A DNA stretch of 64,000 nt from Felis catus (lineage: Eukaryota). The notes beneath the pieces were generated by a model, which saw nothing but the letters and a program-made list of their open reading frames with translations, was not told the origin of the DNA and searched no databases. Positions 22,516 to 34,177 of this stretch are shown piece by piece; positions within the stretch are counted from its first letter, which is position 1, and each line of letters starts with the position of its first letter. The position numbers and the translations under genes are program-made. The DNA lies in the NCBI RefSeq assembly GCF_018350175.1, contig NC_058374.1, positions 138,818,001 to 138,882,000 of the forward strand, read 5' to 3'.

Positions 22516-23683
22516 TCTGTCTTCTCAAACGTGTCAGAGCAAATATGCCATTTTCTAATCTCGAAACCCGCAAGATTAAAAGAAAATGAAGCCACCTCTT
22601 CCATCGGTCCTGCCCCGTTACACGAGATTGTACAAGGAACAAAGTCGAGCCTGCCCGCCGAGCAGGTGCAGCTTCCGAGGTTCCTCCTTGGTAGTCAGAA
22701 CAAGCGGGAAACGGGTCAGGGCATAAGTACCACCACGGTTTTTTGCACCAATGAGTCACACAGGAAGTTAAAGCCTAGTCTAATCCTAGATGATCCTAAG
22801 TCCTCACTAACCAGCTGTCAGTTCTGACGTGCACATGTTGGGGCTCCATCTGGGGCCTTCGGGAGATCAGAACCCCCTGCCCACATGGGAATGTCTGGAA
22901 AGTACTTCCATCCCGTGTAGAGATTATCAAGGAGTGCTGGGGGGTGTTCACACAACCACACGCACCCTAAGAACCGTCCCAAGGCCTGTGATGTCGGCAC
23001 AAGGTCAGCCCTCCAGGAACCGCGTGGCTCGCCTTCTCGGTGAACGTGAACTGTGGACTCCGGCCTGGACTGTTTCTCTAAAACCGGCCATGGACTTCAG
23101 ACCAGTACTGTTTTAGGAAACATCAGGTAACAATCCACAGAGCGGCTGTGGGCGGCCGGGAGCCCCGTTGGCGAGGCCCTCGCGCCCCTGCTCAGACCTG
23201 CCAGTCCTGGGTCTGGTTTCTTCCAACCAGCAGCAAGCACTGAGAATTATTTTCATACCCAGACTTTTCACCCACCCGCTAATCATTAAAACATCGGATT
23301 CGCACAATCGCTTGATAATGTGATCTTATTAAAAAAGCCAGTCAAAGCTACCCTTTTTGTCTGACCTGGGATTGAATGATAAAATAGGAAATTTCATGTA
23401 TACTTCAAAATATAAATGCTGCAAGTAAATTCTAAAAATATATGATGTCTGTTAATGCTAAAATGACTATTTGTGCCTACGTGAGGTCAAGGGCACTCGT
23501 AAAGCACATGACGGCTTGTGAACCGCCTCTTGTAACAGGCTTCCTCTCTCTTTGCAAACCAGAGTTCAAGCCTCATCTTGTATTTCAAATAAAGCTATTT
23601 TCGATGCGTCTCCCATATAGCTAAGCATGAATACAAAGGAAATGGGGCCACGAGCATGCACGAGGGCCACCCCAGGGCCAGTG

Positions 23684-25259
23684 GCCATGCCTGCAGGGAA
23701 GCGCCAGCCACCTGTAGGGAACCCCCGGCCTTTGCAGGGAACCCTGGCCGCCTGTGAGGAACCCCCGGTCACTGCAGAGAACCCTGACTGCCTGTAAGGA
23801 ACCCCCAGCCGCTGCAGGGAACCCCCGGCTGCCTATAGGGAACCCCTGGCCGCCTGTAGGGAACCCCTGGCCACTGCAGGGAACCCTGGCTGCTGCAGGG
23901 AACCCCTGGCCGCCTGTAGGGAACCCCTGGCCCCCTGTAGGGAACCCCTGGCCGCTGCAGGGAACCCCCGGCCGCCTGTAGGGAACCCCCGGCCGCCTGT
24001 AGGGAACCCCCGGCTGCCTGTAGGGAACCCCTGGCTGCTGCAGGGAACCCTGGCCGCTGCAGGGAACCCCTGGCTGCTGCAGGGAACCCCTGGCCGCCTG
24101 TGAGGAACCCCCGGCTGCCTGTAGGGAACCCCTGGCCGCTGCAGGGAACCCCTGGCCGCTGCAGGGAACCCCAGCCGCTGTAGGGAACCCCCGGCTGCCT
24201 GTAGGGAACCCCTGGCCGCTGCAGGGAACCCCTGGCCGCTGCAGGGAACCCCAGCCGCTGTAGGGAACCCCCGGCCGCCTGTAGGGACCCCCCGGCCACT
24301 GCAGGGAACCCTGGCCACCTGTGAGGAACCCCCGGTCACTGCAGAGAACCCTGCCTGTAAGGAACCCCCAGCCGCTGCAGGGAACCCCTGGCTGCCTATA
24401 GGGAACCCCCAGCTGCCTGTAGGGAACCCCCAGTCACTGCACGGAACCCTGGCTGCCTGTAAGGAACCCCCGGCCACTGCAGGGAACCCCTGGCCGCCTG
24501 TAGGGAACCCCTGGCCCCCTGTAGGGAACCCCCGGATGCCTGTAGGGAACCCCTGGCCGCTGCAGGGAACCCCCGGCCGCCTGTAGGGAACCCCCGGCCG
24601 CCTGTAGGGAACCCCCGGCCGCCTGTAGGGAACCCCTGGCTGCTGCAGGGAACCGTGGCTGCTGCAGGGAACCCCTGGCCGCCTGTAGGGAACCCCCAGC
24701 CTTTGCAGGGAACCCTGGCCGCCTGTGAAGAACCCCCGGTCACGGCAGAGAACCCTGGCTGCCTGTAAGGAACCCCCAGCCGCTGCAGGGAACCCCCGGC
24801 CGCCTATAGGGAACCCCCAGCCGCCTGTAGGGAACCCCCAGCCTTTGCAGGGAACCCTGGCCGCCTGTGAAGAACCCCCGGTCACGGCAGAGAACCCTGG
24901 CTGCCTGTAAGGAACCCCCAGCCGCTGCAGGGAACCCCCGGCCGCCTATAGGGAACCCCCAGCCGCCTGTAGGGAACCCCCAGCCTTTGCAGGGAACCCT
25001 GGCCGCCTGTGAAGAACCCCCGGTCACGGCAGAGAACCCTGGCTGCCTGTAAGGAACCCCCAGCCGCTGCAGGGAACCCCCGGCCGCCTATAGGGAACCC
25101 CCAGCCGCCTGTAGGGAACCCCCGACGCCTGTAGGGAACCCCCGGCTGCCTGTAGGGAACCCTGGCCACTGCAGGGAACCCCTGGCCACCTGTAGGTTGG
25201 AACCCCTGACCGCCTGTAGGGAACCCCTGGCCGCTGCAGGGAACCCCTGGCCGCTGCAG
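23684..25259. repeat. Minisatellite/VNTR, 19-21 bp monomer GCCGCCTGTAGGGAACCCC(C/T)G / GCCGCTGCAGGGAACCCCTG, ~75-80 copies, with 142-bp higher-order repeat
   Basis: Tandem array visible directly; identical ORF translations offset by 142 bp (24725 vs 24867). Confidence 0.98.
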
Positions 25260-26287
25260 CTCCAGCGCTTCAGCGGAAAACTATCTAAAATACTAACCCT
25301 GAAGACACCATTTACACTATTCTGGCTGAAAAGGACAACAGTTTCAATAAATATGTAGAACTGAACGTGAAGAAAAGCTCCAGTCGGGACCACGTGTATA
25401 GACCCGGGGCCTCCACCAAAGTAGCCCCCGGGACTCGGGAGCCCCACCGCCAACCAGGGCAGGGTGCCCGGATGTCAAGCGAACACAGCGTCCACAGAGT
25501 GAAGTTTTTCCTACTGCGTGCCAGCTTCTCTCCATGTCACCCCCCCACCCCCCACGCCCAGTGTGGCCATAAAGCGTCGGCACCCAGCCGTAAAACCGAT
25601 GCCGTCTCCAGGGCCCGTGATTGTTCCTGCTGACCAGCCGGATTGTCCCAGAAACACGACCGTGACGAAAGCAAGGACCTGGGTTTTCAAGATAAAGTGC
25701 CACTCCCGTCCGTGTCCCCACAACAGTGCTGCACTCCCGAGGTGTCCCCGAAGCAGGGCTACGTTGCATTGTAGTTGCCCGGGACACAGAGAGTCCGGAA
25801 GTTTCCTAAGTAGAAGCTCAGATGAAGGCAAAATGAAGGCGACCGACTACTTTCCGAAACCCGACCACAAATAACTACAGAGTGAGTCGTGCGACGTGGA
25901 TCAGCGAGCGGGGAGACCCCGTCCGGATGGTGTGACCGCACATTCGCTGTCCCTAAACTTATTGCGGCAGAGCCACCGATGGGCCCTTTCAAAATCTGCA
26001 CCGTCGGCGTTGTTAAAATCTAAGAAGCCAGCGCCCCCAAACTGGTAAGTGCCATTGGCTGAGAAGAAGTTACGTGAAACGCAGCCCAAAGAGTCACGTA
26101 GAACCGAAAATGCCAGGTATGTTCACAATATTGTTGACGAAGGTATTTTTCTAAAATCAAGATTTAACTATCAAAAATAAATTTCTAAATTTAAATGTGT
26201 ATATCAACGTAATCGGTCTGTAGTAATTTTCTTAAACAGCGGTCACGGTTCCCAATCACGGCAAGGCAGGTGATGCGTGACAGCGTC

Positions 26288-26360
26288 TCAGCTCTGTGAC
26301 TCTTCCTTAGGATTCTCCTCGATTCCTCGTGCAAAGAGACGAACCAGCTGGCAGTGGACC
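26288..26360 (-). CDS. CERK: CERK exon 13, coding part (VHCQLVRLFARGIEENPKEESQS*)
   Basis: ctgcag| acceptor; TGA stop at 26290-26288. Confidence 0.95.
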
Positions 26361-26859
26361 CTGCAGAGACAAAGGGCGCCGTGTCACCCCCGGTGTCCCC
26401 CTGACCCTTGGCCCCACTGCCGGTCAAGGGTAGAGGTGGCATGGGGGTCTCATCCTGGCTGTCTCTGGGCCCAACCCCGTGGTGACAGGGCAGCTGAGGG
26501 CAGCCGAGGGCCAACAGAAAACCCGGCACCTGTAGACCCCGCTTTAGCAAAGTGACAAATCCCTGGGTGACTGCTTTCTCAGCTTCCAGGCCACGGAGAA
26601 GGTTCCGTGCAGGGCAACCCCCCTTGTCCAGGACGTGCGGGATGTTCAGTCGCCCAAGAGGAGGGGGCCCCACACCAGCCAGAGCCCAGGGGGCTGAGGG
26701 GTGGCCGAGGTGCCCTGGAGACCCCCGCCTTCCGCATGCACCAGGATGAGAGGAGCCAGAGGGGCTCAGCGGTCAGCGTGGCTGTCCGGTCCCCACCGGC
26801 AGCGCCTCCTTCCCAAATTATTAATGACGTCACAGCCTCCTCCGAGATGTTCAGTAATA

Positions 26860-27031
26860 GGGGTGCCTGGGTGGCCCAGTCGGTTGAACACCCGACTCCT
26901 GGTTTTGGCCCAGGTCATGGTCTCATGGTTCCTGGGTTCGAGCCCCACATCAGGCTCCGTGCTGATGGGTGTGGAGCCTGTGTGAGATTCTCGTTCTCTC
27001 AAAAATAAGTGAACAGAAAAGATTTTTTTAA
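26860..27031 (+). mobile_element. CAN-SINE in last CERK intron
   Basis: Perfect 15-bp TSD agatgttcagtaata. Confidence 0.95.
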
Positions 27032-28155
27032 AGATGTTCAGTAATAAAAACCCCATAACTAAGTCACCTGCTGTTCAAGGCATAGGGATATTTATCATGA
27101 CATATAGCATATATTTCATAAAAGAATGCTTTTCCTAATTTTCAAAGTATCCTGTTTTTCCAGTAAATCCCAAAGCCAGCATCAAAAATAATTCTGTAAC
27201 TTGTAAAATGTGTTGACAAAAGCCGAATCCTGGCGGGCTTCCCTTGGTCCTGTCCCCGCCCCTTCTCCTGGGATCTGAGCTGGACAGTCATGGCCACACT
27301 GATCACGCGGTGGCCAGAGGAGCAGGTGTGAGCAGACGTGCGCCTCGATGAGGCTGAGGCTGCCTCTCCTGACGGCCTGGCCGGATGCTGATGCAGGAGG
27401 CTCGACACCGCACATCCCACGGGCTGAAAAGCCATTTAACGTCGGGATTATACACAGTGACGTGCACGTTATCAGAGGGGTGGGCGTGGGTGCGGGGCTG
27501 CAGGCCCCTCCGTGTCGCCTCCCACATCGTCCGCACTCTGTCGTCAAGGAGCGCGTGGCCTGGCCTCCGTCAAGGCGGCTAGGATCGCCCCGACGTGTGC
27601 AGACGGCACAGGACCCTGGAACTTCACTCCATTTTTACACCTTCACCTCGTTCGACAGCCTGATCGACGACTTTCTCCGCACTCGTGCTCCCTCTGGGCG
27701 TGTGACACGTGTAATCAGATGGCAGACCCCCAGCCGGTCTGCAGAGGACCCCCTGCCCGAAGGCCAGAGGCCGGAAGAGCGGGCCTGGTGCCTGCCCCCC
27801 GGAGGCCACGAGCCAGGGTCCAGCGCCGGCCGCAGACGGGGCTCCCCGAGGCCAGAGGGGCTCCTGGTGGACCCGGTGAAGGAGGATGGCTTGTGTGTGT
27901 CATCAGGAGAACAGAGAGAAAATGCCAGAGCAAAGGGACAGAAGCCGGCGCCGGGGCTCAGGGAGAAGAGAAGATGGCGACACGGCGGGGGGGCTTGGGA
28001 AATCGCGGGAACCGTCCACACGCGGGCATCTTCCCCAGAGTCCGATGGCGGGGTCTCGGGCGCCGGCTGCGTGGACGCATGCGCGCGTTTACAGTGCACC
28101 CGCACGCTTGCGGTCGCGGGGCCCCTGGAGGCGCCCTCGGGCCACCGTCACTCAC

Positions 28156-28364
28156 CGGACCTCGATGGCGGAGCTGCTCAGGACCTCCCCGTCACAGTTC
28201 CACGAGCTGTTGGACACAGAGCAGCAGCACGGGGGGTGGTCGCTGCAGATCTGCCCGAAGCGCGTCTTCCCCCTCTCCTTGAGGTCACTGTCCTCGTCCT
28301 CCACGTGCTTCGATACAAACTGGAATTTCCTGACGCGATAAACTTCGACAAAGGCGAAGTCAAA
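28156..28364 (-). CDS. CERK: CERK exon 12 (209 nt; FDFAFVEVYRVRKFQFVSKHVEDEDSDLKE...WNCDGEVLSSSAIEVR)
   Basis: ctgcag| and |gtgagt. Confidence 0.96.
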
Positions 28365-28967
28365 CTGCAGAGAGACACGGAAGGGGCTGGCGCTTTTACG
28401 GGCGCTTTTGCGGGGGAGGCCCGTCCGTGGCCGGCGCGCCCGCAGCTCGGACACGAAGCGAAGGCCGCCGCCCGCCTCCCGGCGCGTCCATGGCGACCGG
28501 CGCTTTCTCAAGATTCTGGTAGTTCCCTAGTAGGGACTTGTAGAATTCTTCATCTTTTTAACAAGCACTGTTTTGCAAGCCACATAAAAATACCATTACG
28601 CTAGACCTGAAATGCAATTTAATTTAAAAAAAGGAAAACACATCTTACTACGACCAGAGGCCAACCCACACTTATCTCGTTAGAGTTGGGGTCTGCCGTT
28701 GTATTAACTACAAGGATGCCAGCGACTACGGAGAGGTTTGCTAGAAAGAGGTTTGTGTCTTTAACGAGCTCTCAGAAGGAGCAGACGCTAGGAGCTTCCA
28801 ATGGGTGAAACGCAGACCAGAAACCTGACCTTGTTCCCTGGGACTCAGCAGTGGGTTCCTACGGCACGGCAGTCAGGGATCACCCGCAGGGACGCTGCCC
28901 GCGTAGACGCTGCCCAAATGGACCCCGCCCACCAGCGCGGACGGGGCAGGGCGAGCGCCCCACTCAC

Positions 28968-29173
28968 CTGGTCGTACTGGTTCGTGTGCCTGACGAGAAA
29001 CCTCAGGAAGTTGAACCGGGAGCACTTCCGGATGAGGATGAGGTCGGAAGACCCGTCCCCCAGGTGGGCGGCCGGGGACAGGCCCTGGGGACTCCGGGGA
29101 CAAGCACAGGACATGTTGGTGGCGTTGATGGCCAGGAACTTCCCGCAGACGACCTTCCACTCTTCCACCTCCT
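28968..29173 (-). CDS. CERK: CERK exon 11 (206 nt; EEVEEWKVVCGKFLAINATNMSCACPRSPQGLSPAAHLGDGSSDLILIRKCSRFNFLRFLVRHTNQYDQ)
   Basis: cttcag| and |gtgagt. Confidence 0.96.
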
Positions 29174-29781
29174 CTGAAGCAGAAAGGCATCGCAGACGGC
29201 ACGTCACACGCGGGCGCGCGTCCCGAGACCGTCCCTACGGGTCTCCCGTGGACTGACCCTCGGCCCCAGCACACGGGCCCTGTGCCGGCCGCCGTGCCCG
29301 GAGGGTCGCCTCCGAAAGGGCACAGCTGTGCCACTGGTCCTCACGTGGGGACGTCTGAACAACTTAGAGCGGGGGCCACCGAGCCCGGCCTGTCACCCGA
29401 TTCCGCGTCAGCCGAGAATAATTTTCCCCTTCGTAAGCGGTTTACAAAACTCCAGAGGAACAGTATCTCGTGACATACGAAGATTACACGAAACTCTAAC
29501 GTCGGCGTCCACAGCTAAGTTTCTGGAACGCTGCTGCGCCCACCCCCTTCCCGGCGCCTGGCAAAGCCCACAGACGAGAGTATAACGCTTGACAGGAACT
29601 GTCGCCGGCCCCCAGGCCAGAGCAGCCATGTTGCTGCCCGGAGGCGAGCAGAGAGGGACACACGCGCCCACCGACAAAGGGGGGGGACGCACAGCGGGAA
29701 GACGCAGCGCCCTCAGAGGTTCCACAGCTTCAAACCCCAACACACGCGGCAGTGACCGTGAGTCCGCGGCCCAGACATTAC

Positions 29782-29858
29782 CGGTGTTCTCCAGACCGTA
29801 CAACGACCTCTTCTGCTCCTCCTCCAGCTGCTGTTTGCTCTGCCTGCACACGAAGCAC
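29782..29858 (-). CDS. CERK: CERK exon 10 (77 nt; CFVCRQSKQQLEEEQKRSLYGLENT)
   Basis: cttccag| and |gtaatg. Confidence 0.95.
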
Positions 29859-30520
29859 CTGGAAGACAAGGACGTCACCGCCCTTCCTGAGGCACGCGGC
29901 CGCGACAAGGGAGCGCACGCGCCTGGCAGCTCTCCCCTTTGCACGTCAGTGTGAATTCTGCAAGTCAGATCTTAAAATGTCCGCGCGTCCACGCATCCTT
30001 CTCCAGAGCGTGTACGCGCGTGGCTAAGAAGCCAAGGGCATCCCACGCGGCCGTGGCGCTGGCGTGCCGAGAGCCAGCTCGGCTTGGCTCCGAGGTCAGC
30101 GGAGCGCTGGCTGGTGACGTGCCGAGCCAGGCGCAGGTCGCTCAGCACAGGTGACACAACGGTCGTCTGTTCCAGGCGGTACCAAGCGAGCAGCCAGCTC
30201 GCAACTTCGTCGTCAGCCTGGGCTCACCGTGCAACGGTGCGTGTTCACGCCAGGGAGATCGGCGCCTCGGCTCGGCTCAGCAGCTCTACCTCTAACCGTT
30301 GTGACCTGTGGCCTCAGATTCTCCATTAAAGAAGGAAAGGGGCTCGGGAACGCGTGGGCCCGGAAGCCGTGCGCTGAGCTACGCCATCGCCGGGCACGCC
30401 AGAACCACGGTCTCGCATCTACGCTTAGAAGATACGCGTCCCCGATAGGAGCACACCCCCAAGCAGCCCAGCTTTATTTCGCGCCCTCTGCAATAGAAAC
30501 ACACGGAAGAATGTGCTTAC

Positions 30521-30626
30521 CCGGCACGGCAGGGTTTCCTGTCCCTGGGAGACCCCACTGTGTGCCGCGCTGGCAGGAAAGACACTGTCCCTTCGTAGCA
30601 GTGATGTGACAGGAAGGTCTTCAAAC
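30521..30626 (-). CDS. CERK: CERK exon 9 (106 nt; GLKTFLSHHCYEGTVSFLPARHTVGSPRDRKPCRAG)
   Basis: ttcccag| and |gtaagc. Confidence 0.95.
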
Positions 30627-30684
30627 CTGGGAACGGAGCACAAAGTAAAGCAGCCCCAGCGTCGTTTTCTGGCCACGAGGCCAC

Positions 30685-30818
30685 CAGCTGCACCTGTTCC
30701 GGGACACAGCGCCCCCCCCCCCCCCCCCGCTGCACCTGTTCCGGGACACAGCACCGCCCTGCGGCCCCCCAGCTGCACCTGTTCTGGGACACAGCGCCCT
30801 CCACCGCTCCCCCCCCCC
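30685..30818. repeat. 3-copy ~42-bp tandem repeat (GCTGCACCTGTTCCGGGACACAGC + C-run)
   Basis: Units begin at ~30685, 30729 and 30770. Confidence 0.9.
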
Positions 30819-32444
30819 CGGTGCCACCAGCGCATCCCAAGACCTGTGTGATGGGAGCGGTAAGGGATCGGGCCATGCTGGGTGCCGGGTCACCAGGGCT
30901 GCCTTCAGCGGTGGAGGTCTCTGCCATCAGTGACCCCTCCTGCCTGCCCGCAGATGGCTGCAGGGCTGGCATGTGGCAAAGCCCCCGACATCTGGAGATG
31001 GCCTCCCCGACTCGGTGGAGGCTCATCAAAGGGCAGGGCCACCTCTCTGCTCCTCCCAGACGCTCCCACGTCTCCCTGGCTCGGCCGCCCAAGGTCACCC
31101 AGGACCAGTCTGGCATCTGGGAAGAACGCGGACAGTGACGGTCCAGGGCAGCACCGCCAAGGACTGTGTCCGGCCCATCTGGAGGACCGTGGCGTGCTAT
31201 CTGCTCTGAGCGGGCCTGGCCGGCCTCGAACCGGCCCCAGCGGGCACGGGCTGAACCTGAGCAGCTGACTGGAGAGAGCCCAGCAGGACAGGGGAGTGGG
31301 GGCCACAGTGGGGACCCTGCCACGTCCTGCAAATGCAACAGTGACACCACTCCCCTGAGCCGGATGCCGGGCTGGCGCTGGCCATGGTGACATCGGGCAC
31401 GATGGGGACACCACTGAACCCGTCCCCACCCCGGCCTCCCACCTGCTCTACCAGCAGCTAGTGTGTGGCTGGGCATCTGGGATCCGCCCAGTAACTACCT
31501 GCCCTGTGGAGAAACCCCGTCCCAATGCCCTGGGGTCCACCTTCCTCCCTCCACTTCCTCCGTGGGTGGCACCCTCTCCCGGGACGACCCTCCAGCTCGG
31601 CAGCTGGTGAAGGGCAGGGGCTGGCCGCTCGACCTACAGGACGGTCTCTCTCCCGGATGGCAGGGCCCCATTTCTGCCCGTCCTCAGACGGACACGTGCG
31701 TGTCCCGCCGGCCCTAAAACGGGCCTCCTCTCTGCCTTGAGAAAACCGCTGAGCCTCTGCAGGTCTGTGTGTGTGAGTTCCAGGTGGGGACGGAGACGCG
31801 GACAGGACACGCCCTGCATCCTAGCGGAGAGGTGACCGTGGGCCGGGGTGAGGCCCACGGGCTCGGGAGCGAGCGGCCAGCTCAACAGCAGGTAATCAGG
31901 AAGACGGCACGAATCTCACCCAGATTCTTTCTAATCCCTCGTTCTGTTTCCTAATGACAGTTTGGGGAGATACGTTACTTTGGAGTTTCTTGCGTTTTAA
32001 CTGCAAAGCGATACCGTAGCTTTGATTTAAACAGGGCTCCTCAGTGCCTCAGACCCAGCACATTACTATCCGTTTCTCTCCCCAGAAAAGGGTTCAGATT
32101 TTAATACCTGGGGTTCTTCGACTTAACTTACTACCGACTGACCCAAAAGCAAACTGGAAAGGGCAGTGGCCGGGTGGGTGACAGTCGCCAAGCAGCAGGC
32201 GTGCCCACTCCAGACCCTGCCCCCGTTCAGACCCCTCTGGGAAGGGGACACCGCCTGAGGAGAGCGGACGGTCACGGCTTGGCACGGCCGCAGTGCCTTC
32301 GAGTCGCTCTGCGATCCCGAACAGGAGAACCGGTCTGTGGGCCTGGGGTGTCCACCCTGCTCTGCGGGCACCCCGGGGCCCTTCACCAGCAGGGCACCCG
32401 CCTCTGCAGGCGAAGGCAGACGCCATGTGCCAAAGCAGGGCTAC

Positions 32445-32597
32445 CTGAGAAGTCGTATCTGATGAGCCCCATCCACCGCTTCTTCTCACTGTCCTTGATG
32501 ACGTCCCCGTAGAAGCCATAGCCCAGCAGGGACACGGAGTAGCGCAGCAGCGTGCTGTTGTGGTGAACCGAGGACACGTCCATGGGCAGTGAGTCCC
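32445..32597 (-). CDS. CERK: CERK exon 8 (153 nt; GDSLPMDVSSVHHNSTLLRYSVSLLGYGFYGDVIKDSEKKRWMGLIRYDFS)
   Basis: cccgcag| and |gtagcc. Confidence 0.96.
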
Positions 32598-33455
32598 CTG
32601 CGGGAGAGACACGGTCCCCTGGCCACCTCCACACCGCGCCTCCTCAGCCCCTTGATGGCACGGGCGGGCCCAGAAGCACCCAAGCGACTAAGACGTGCAA
32701 CACACGGAAGGCAGCCCCGGGGACGGTCTGCACGTGGGCCCTGGGTCTCCTGTTCCTGATTCCGATGACAGGACTTGACTAAAAGGTCCACAACAGCTTT
32801 GGGAAGTTTCCCAGCAGGCACGGAACCACAGTGGACCCACGGGGCTCGTTCAGTGCCGCTGCTGGGAAACGGGGTGGATTTGACGGTGAAGAGGGGCCCA
32901 CGTGCTAAGGAAATCGAGAATGGGCTATGCACTTCCGGGGCCCCGTCGTCAGGGACGAGGAGGGAGCCATGTGCTTGCCGGGCAGGGGCCGTGGCTGTCT
33001 GAGCAGCTGGGGCGGCCATTCCCGCCCTCGGGGCCGTGTATACGGGAGCGCAGGAAATGTCACTTGGAAGGGGCGTCTCGGGTGCCACGGATTCGGGCCT
33101 GGGAAAACCTGTCCCGATGGGGATGAGGGGCTGAGTCCTGAGCAGAAGTGAGAGCGGAGGACCGGCGAGCATGAGACGCGTCCAGGACAGAGGGTCAGCC
33201 TGACCCCACGCATGGGGATGCCGAGGCAGCTGGTTGGGCCACGGGGTGCCTGTGACCCCTGATGGGGGGCCCCAGAGGGCTCTGAGCAGGGTTTGTGTTT
33301 TTGAAGGACCCCCTATGGCCGTGGGAGGACAGGACAAGATGGCAGGTGGCAGGGAACCACAACACACGCAGAGCTCTGCTGGCGGGAGGGCCGGGGCCAC
33401 CCTGCGCATGCCCAGCGAGGTCCAGGGTCTGCTGCGTGCATGGAAAGGGACCTAC

Positions 33456-33530
33456 CCACGATGATGTGCAAAGCTGATGTCTCCGCGTCATTCGTGCCGA
33501 CCGTGGAAAAACACACACAATCCGTGGACC
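33456..33530 (-). CDS. CERK: CERK exon 7 (75 nt; GSTDCVCFSTVGTNDAETSALHIIV)
   Basis: ccttcag| and |gtaggt. Confidence 0.95.
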
Positions 33531-33588
33531 CTGAAGGAGGAGAGAAAAAAAAACGTCCTTCATATCATCGTATTAATTAAAAACTCGA

Positions 33589-33801
33589 GGGGCATCTGGG
33601 TGGCCCAGTTGGCTAATGCGACTGACTTTGGCTCAGGTCATGATCTCACGGTTTGTGAGTTCGAGCCCCGCGTCGGGCTCTGTGCTGACATCTCGGAGTC
33701 CGGAGCCTGCTTCAGATTCTGTGTCTCCCCCTCTATGCCTCCCCTGCTCACGCTCTGTGTCTCTCAATCATAAATAAACGTCAAAAAAATTAAAAACAAA
33801 C
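33589..33801 (+). mobile_element. SINEC_Fc-type SINE
   Basis: Head, CT tract, tail, TSD aaactc(g/t)ag. Confidence 0.93.
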
Positions 33802-33939
33802 AAACTCTAGTAGATTTCCAACGAGGAGGACTCTTCCTTTTGGCCCCAGAATAGATACGGAAATAAAGACTAATATGATCCATCCACAAAATGAATGTTG
33901 GAAATACTGACACTGATTTGTCAGAAACACTGAGACTGC

Positions 33940-34163
33940 GGGTGCCTGGGGGGCTCAGTCGGTTGGGCATCTGTCTTCAGCTCAGGTCATGATCTCACAG
34001 TCCATGAGTTCGAGCCCCGCGTCGGGCTCTGTGCTGACAGCTCAGAGCCTGGAGCCTGCCTCTGCTTTTGTGCCTCCCTCTCTCTCTGCCCCTCCCCTGC
34101 TTGTGCTCTGTCTCTCTCTGTCTCAAAAATAAATAAAAACATTAAAAAAATTTTTTTTTTAAA
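33940..34163 (+). mobile_element. SINEC_Fc-type SINE (first of tandem)
   Basis: Full-length SINE. Confidence 0.93.
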
Positions 34164-34177
34164 GATGCAGGTTTATA

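Noticed and set aside
23769-25169. Repetitive ORFs in the VNTR (e.g. 350 aa at 23833-24885, minus strand)
   Set aside because: Translations of a stop-poor tandem repeat with non-ATG starts, downstream of the CERK stop; no coding evidence
23684-25259. CRISPR-like appearance of the array
   Set aside because: Monomers are contiguous with no unique spacers, no cas genes, mammalian context
27348-28604. 418-aa + strand ORF
   Set aside because: Antisense to CERK exon 12 and its intron; GC-rich low-complexity composition, no recognisable domain
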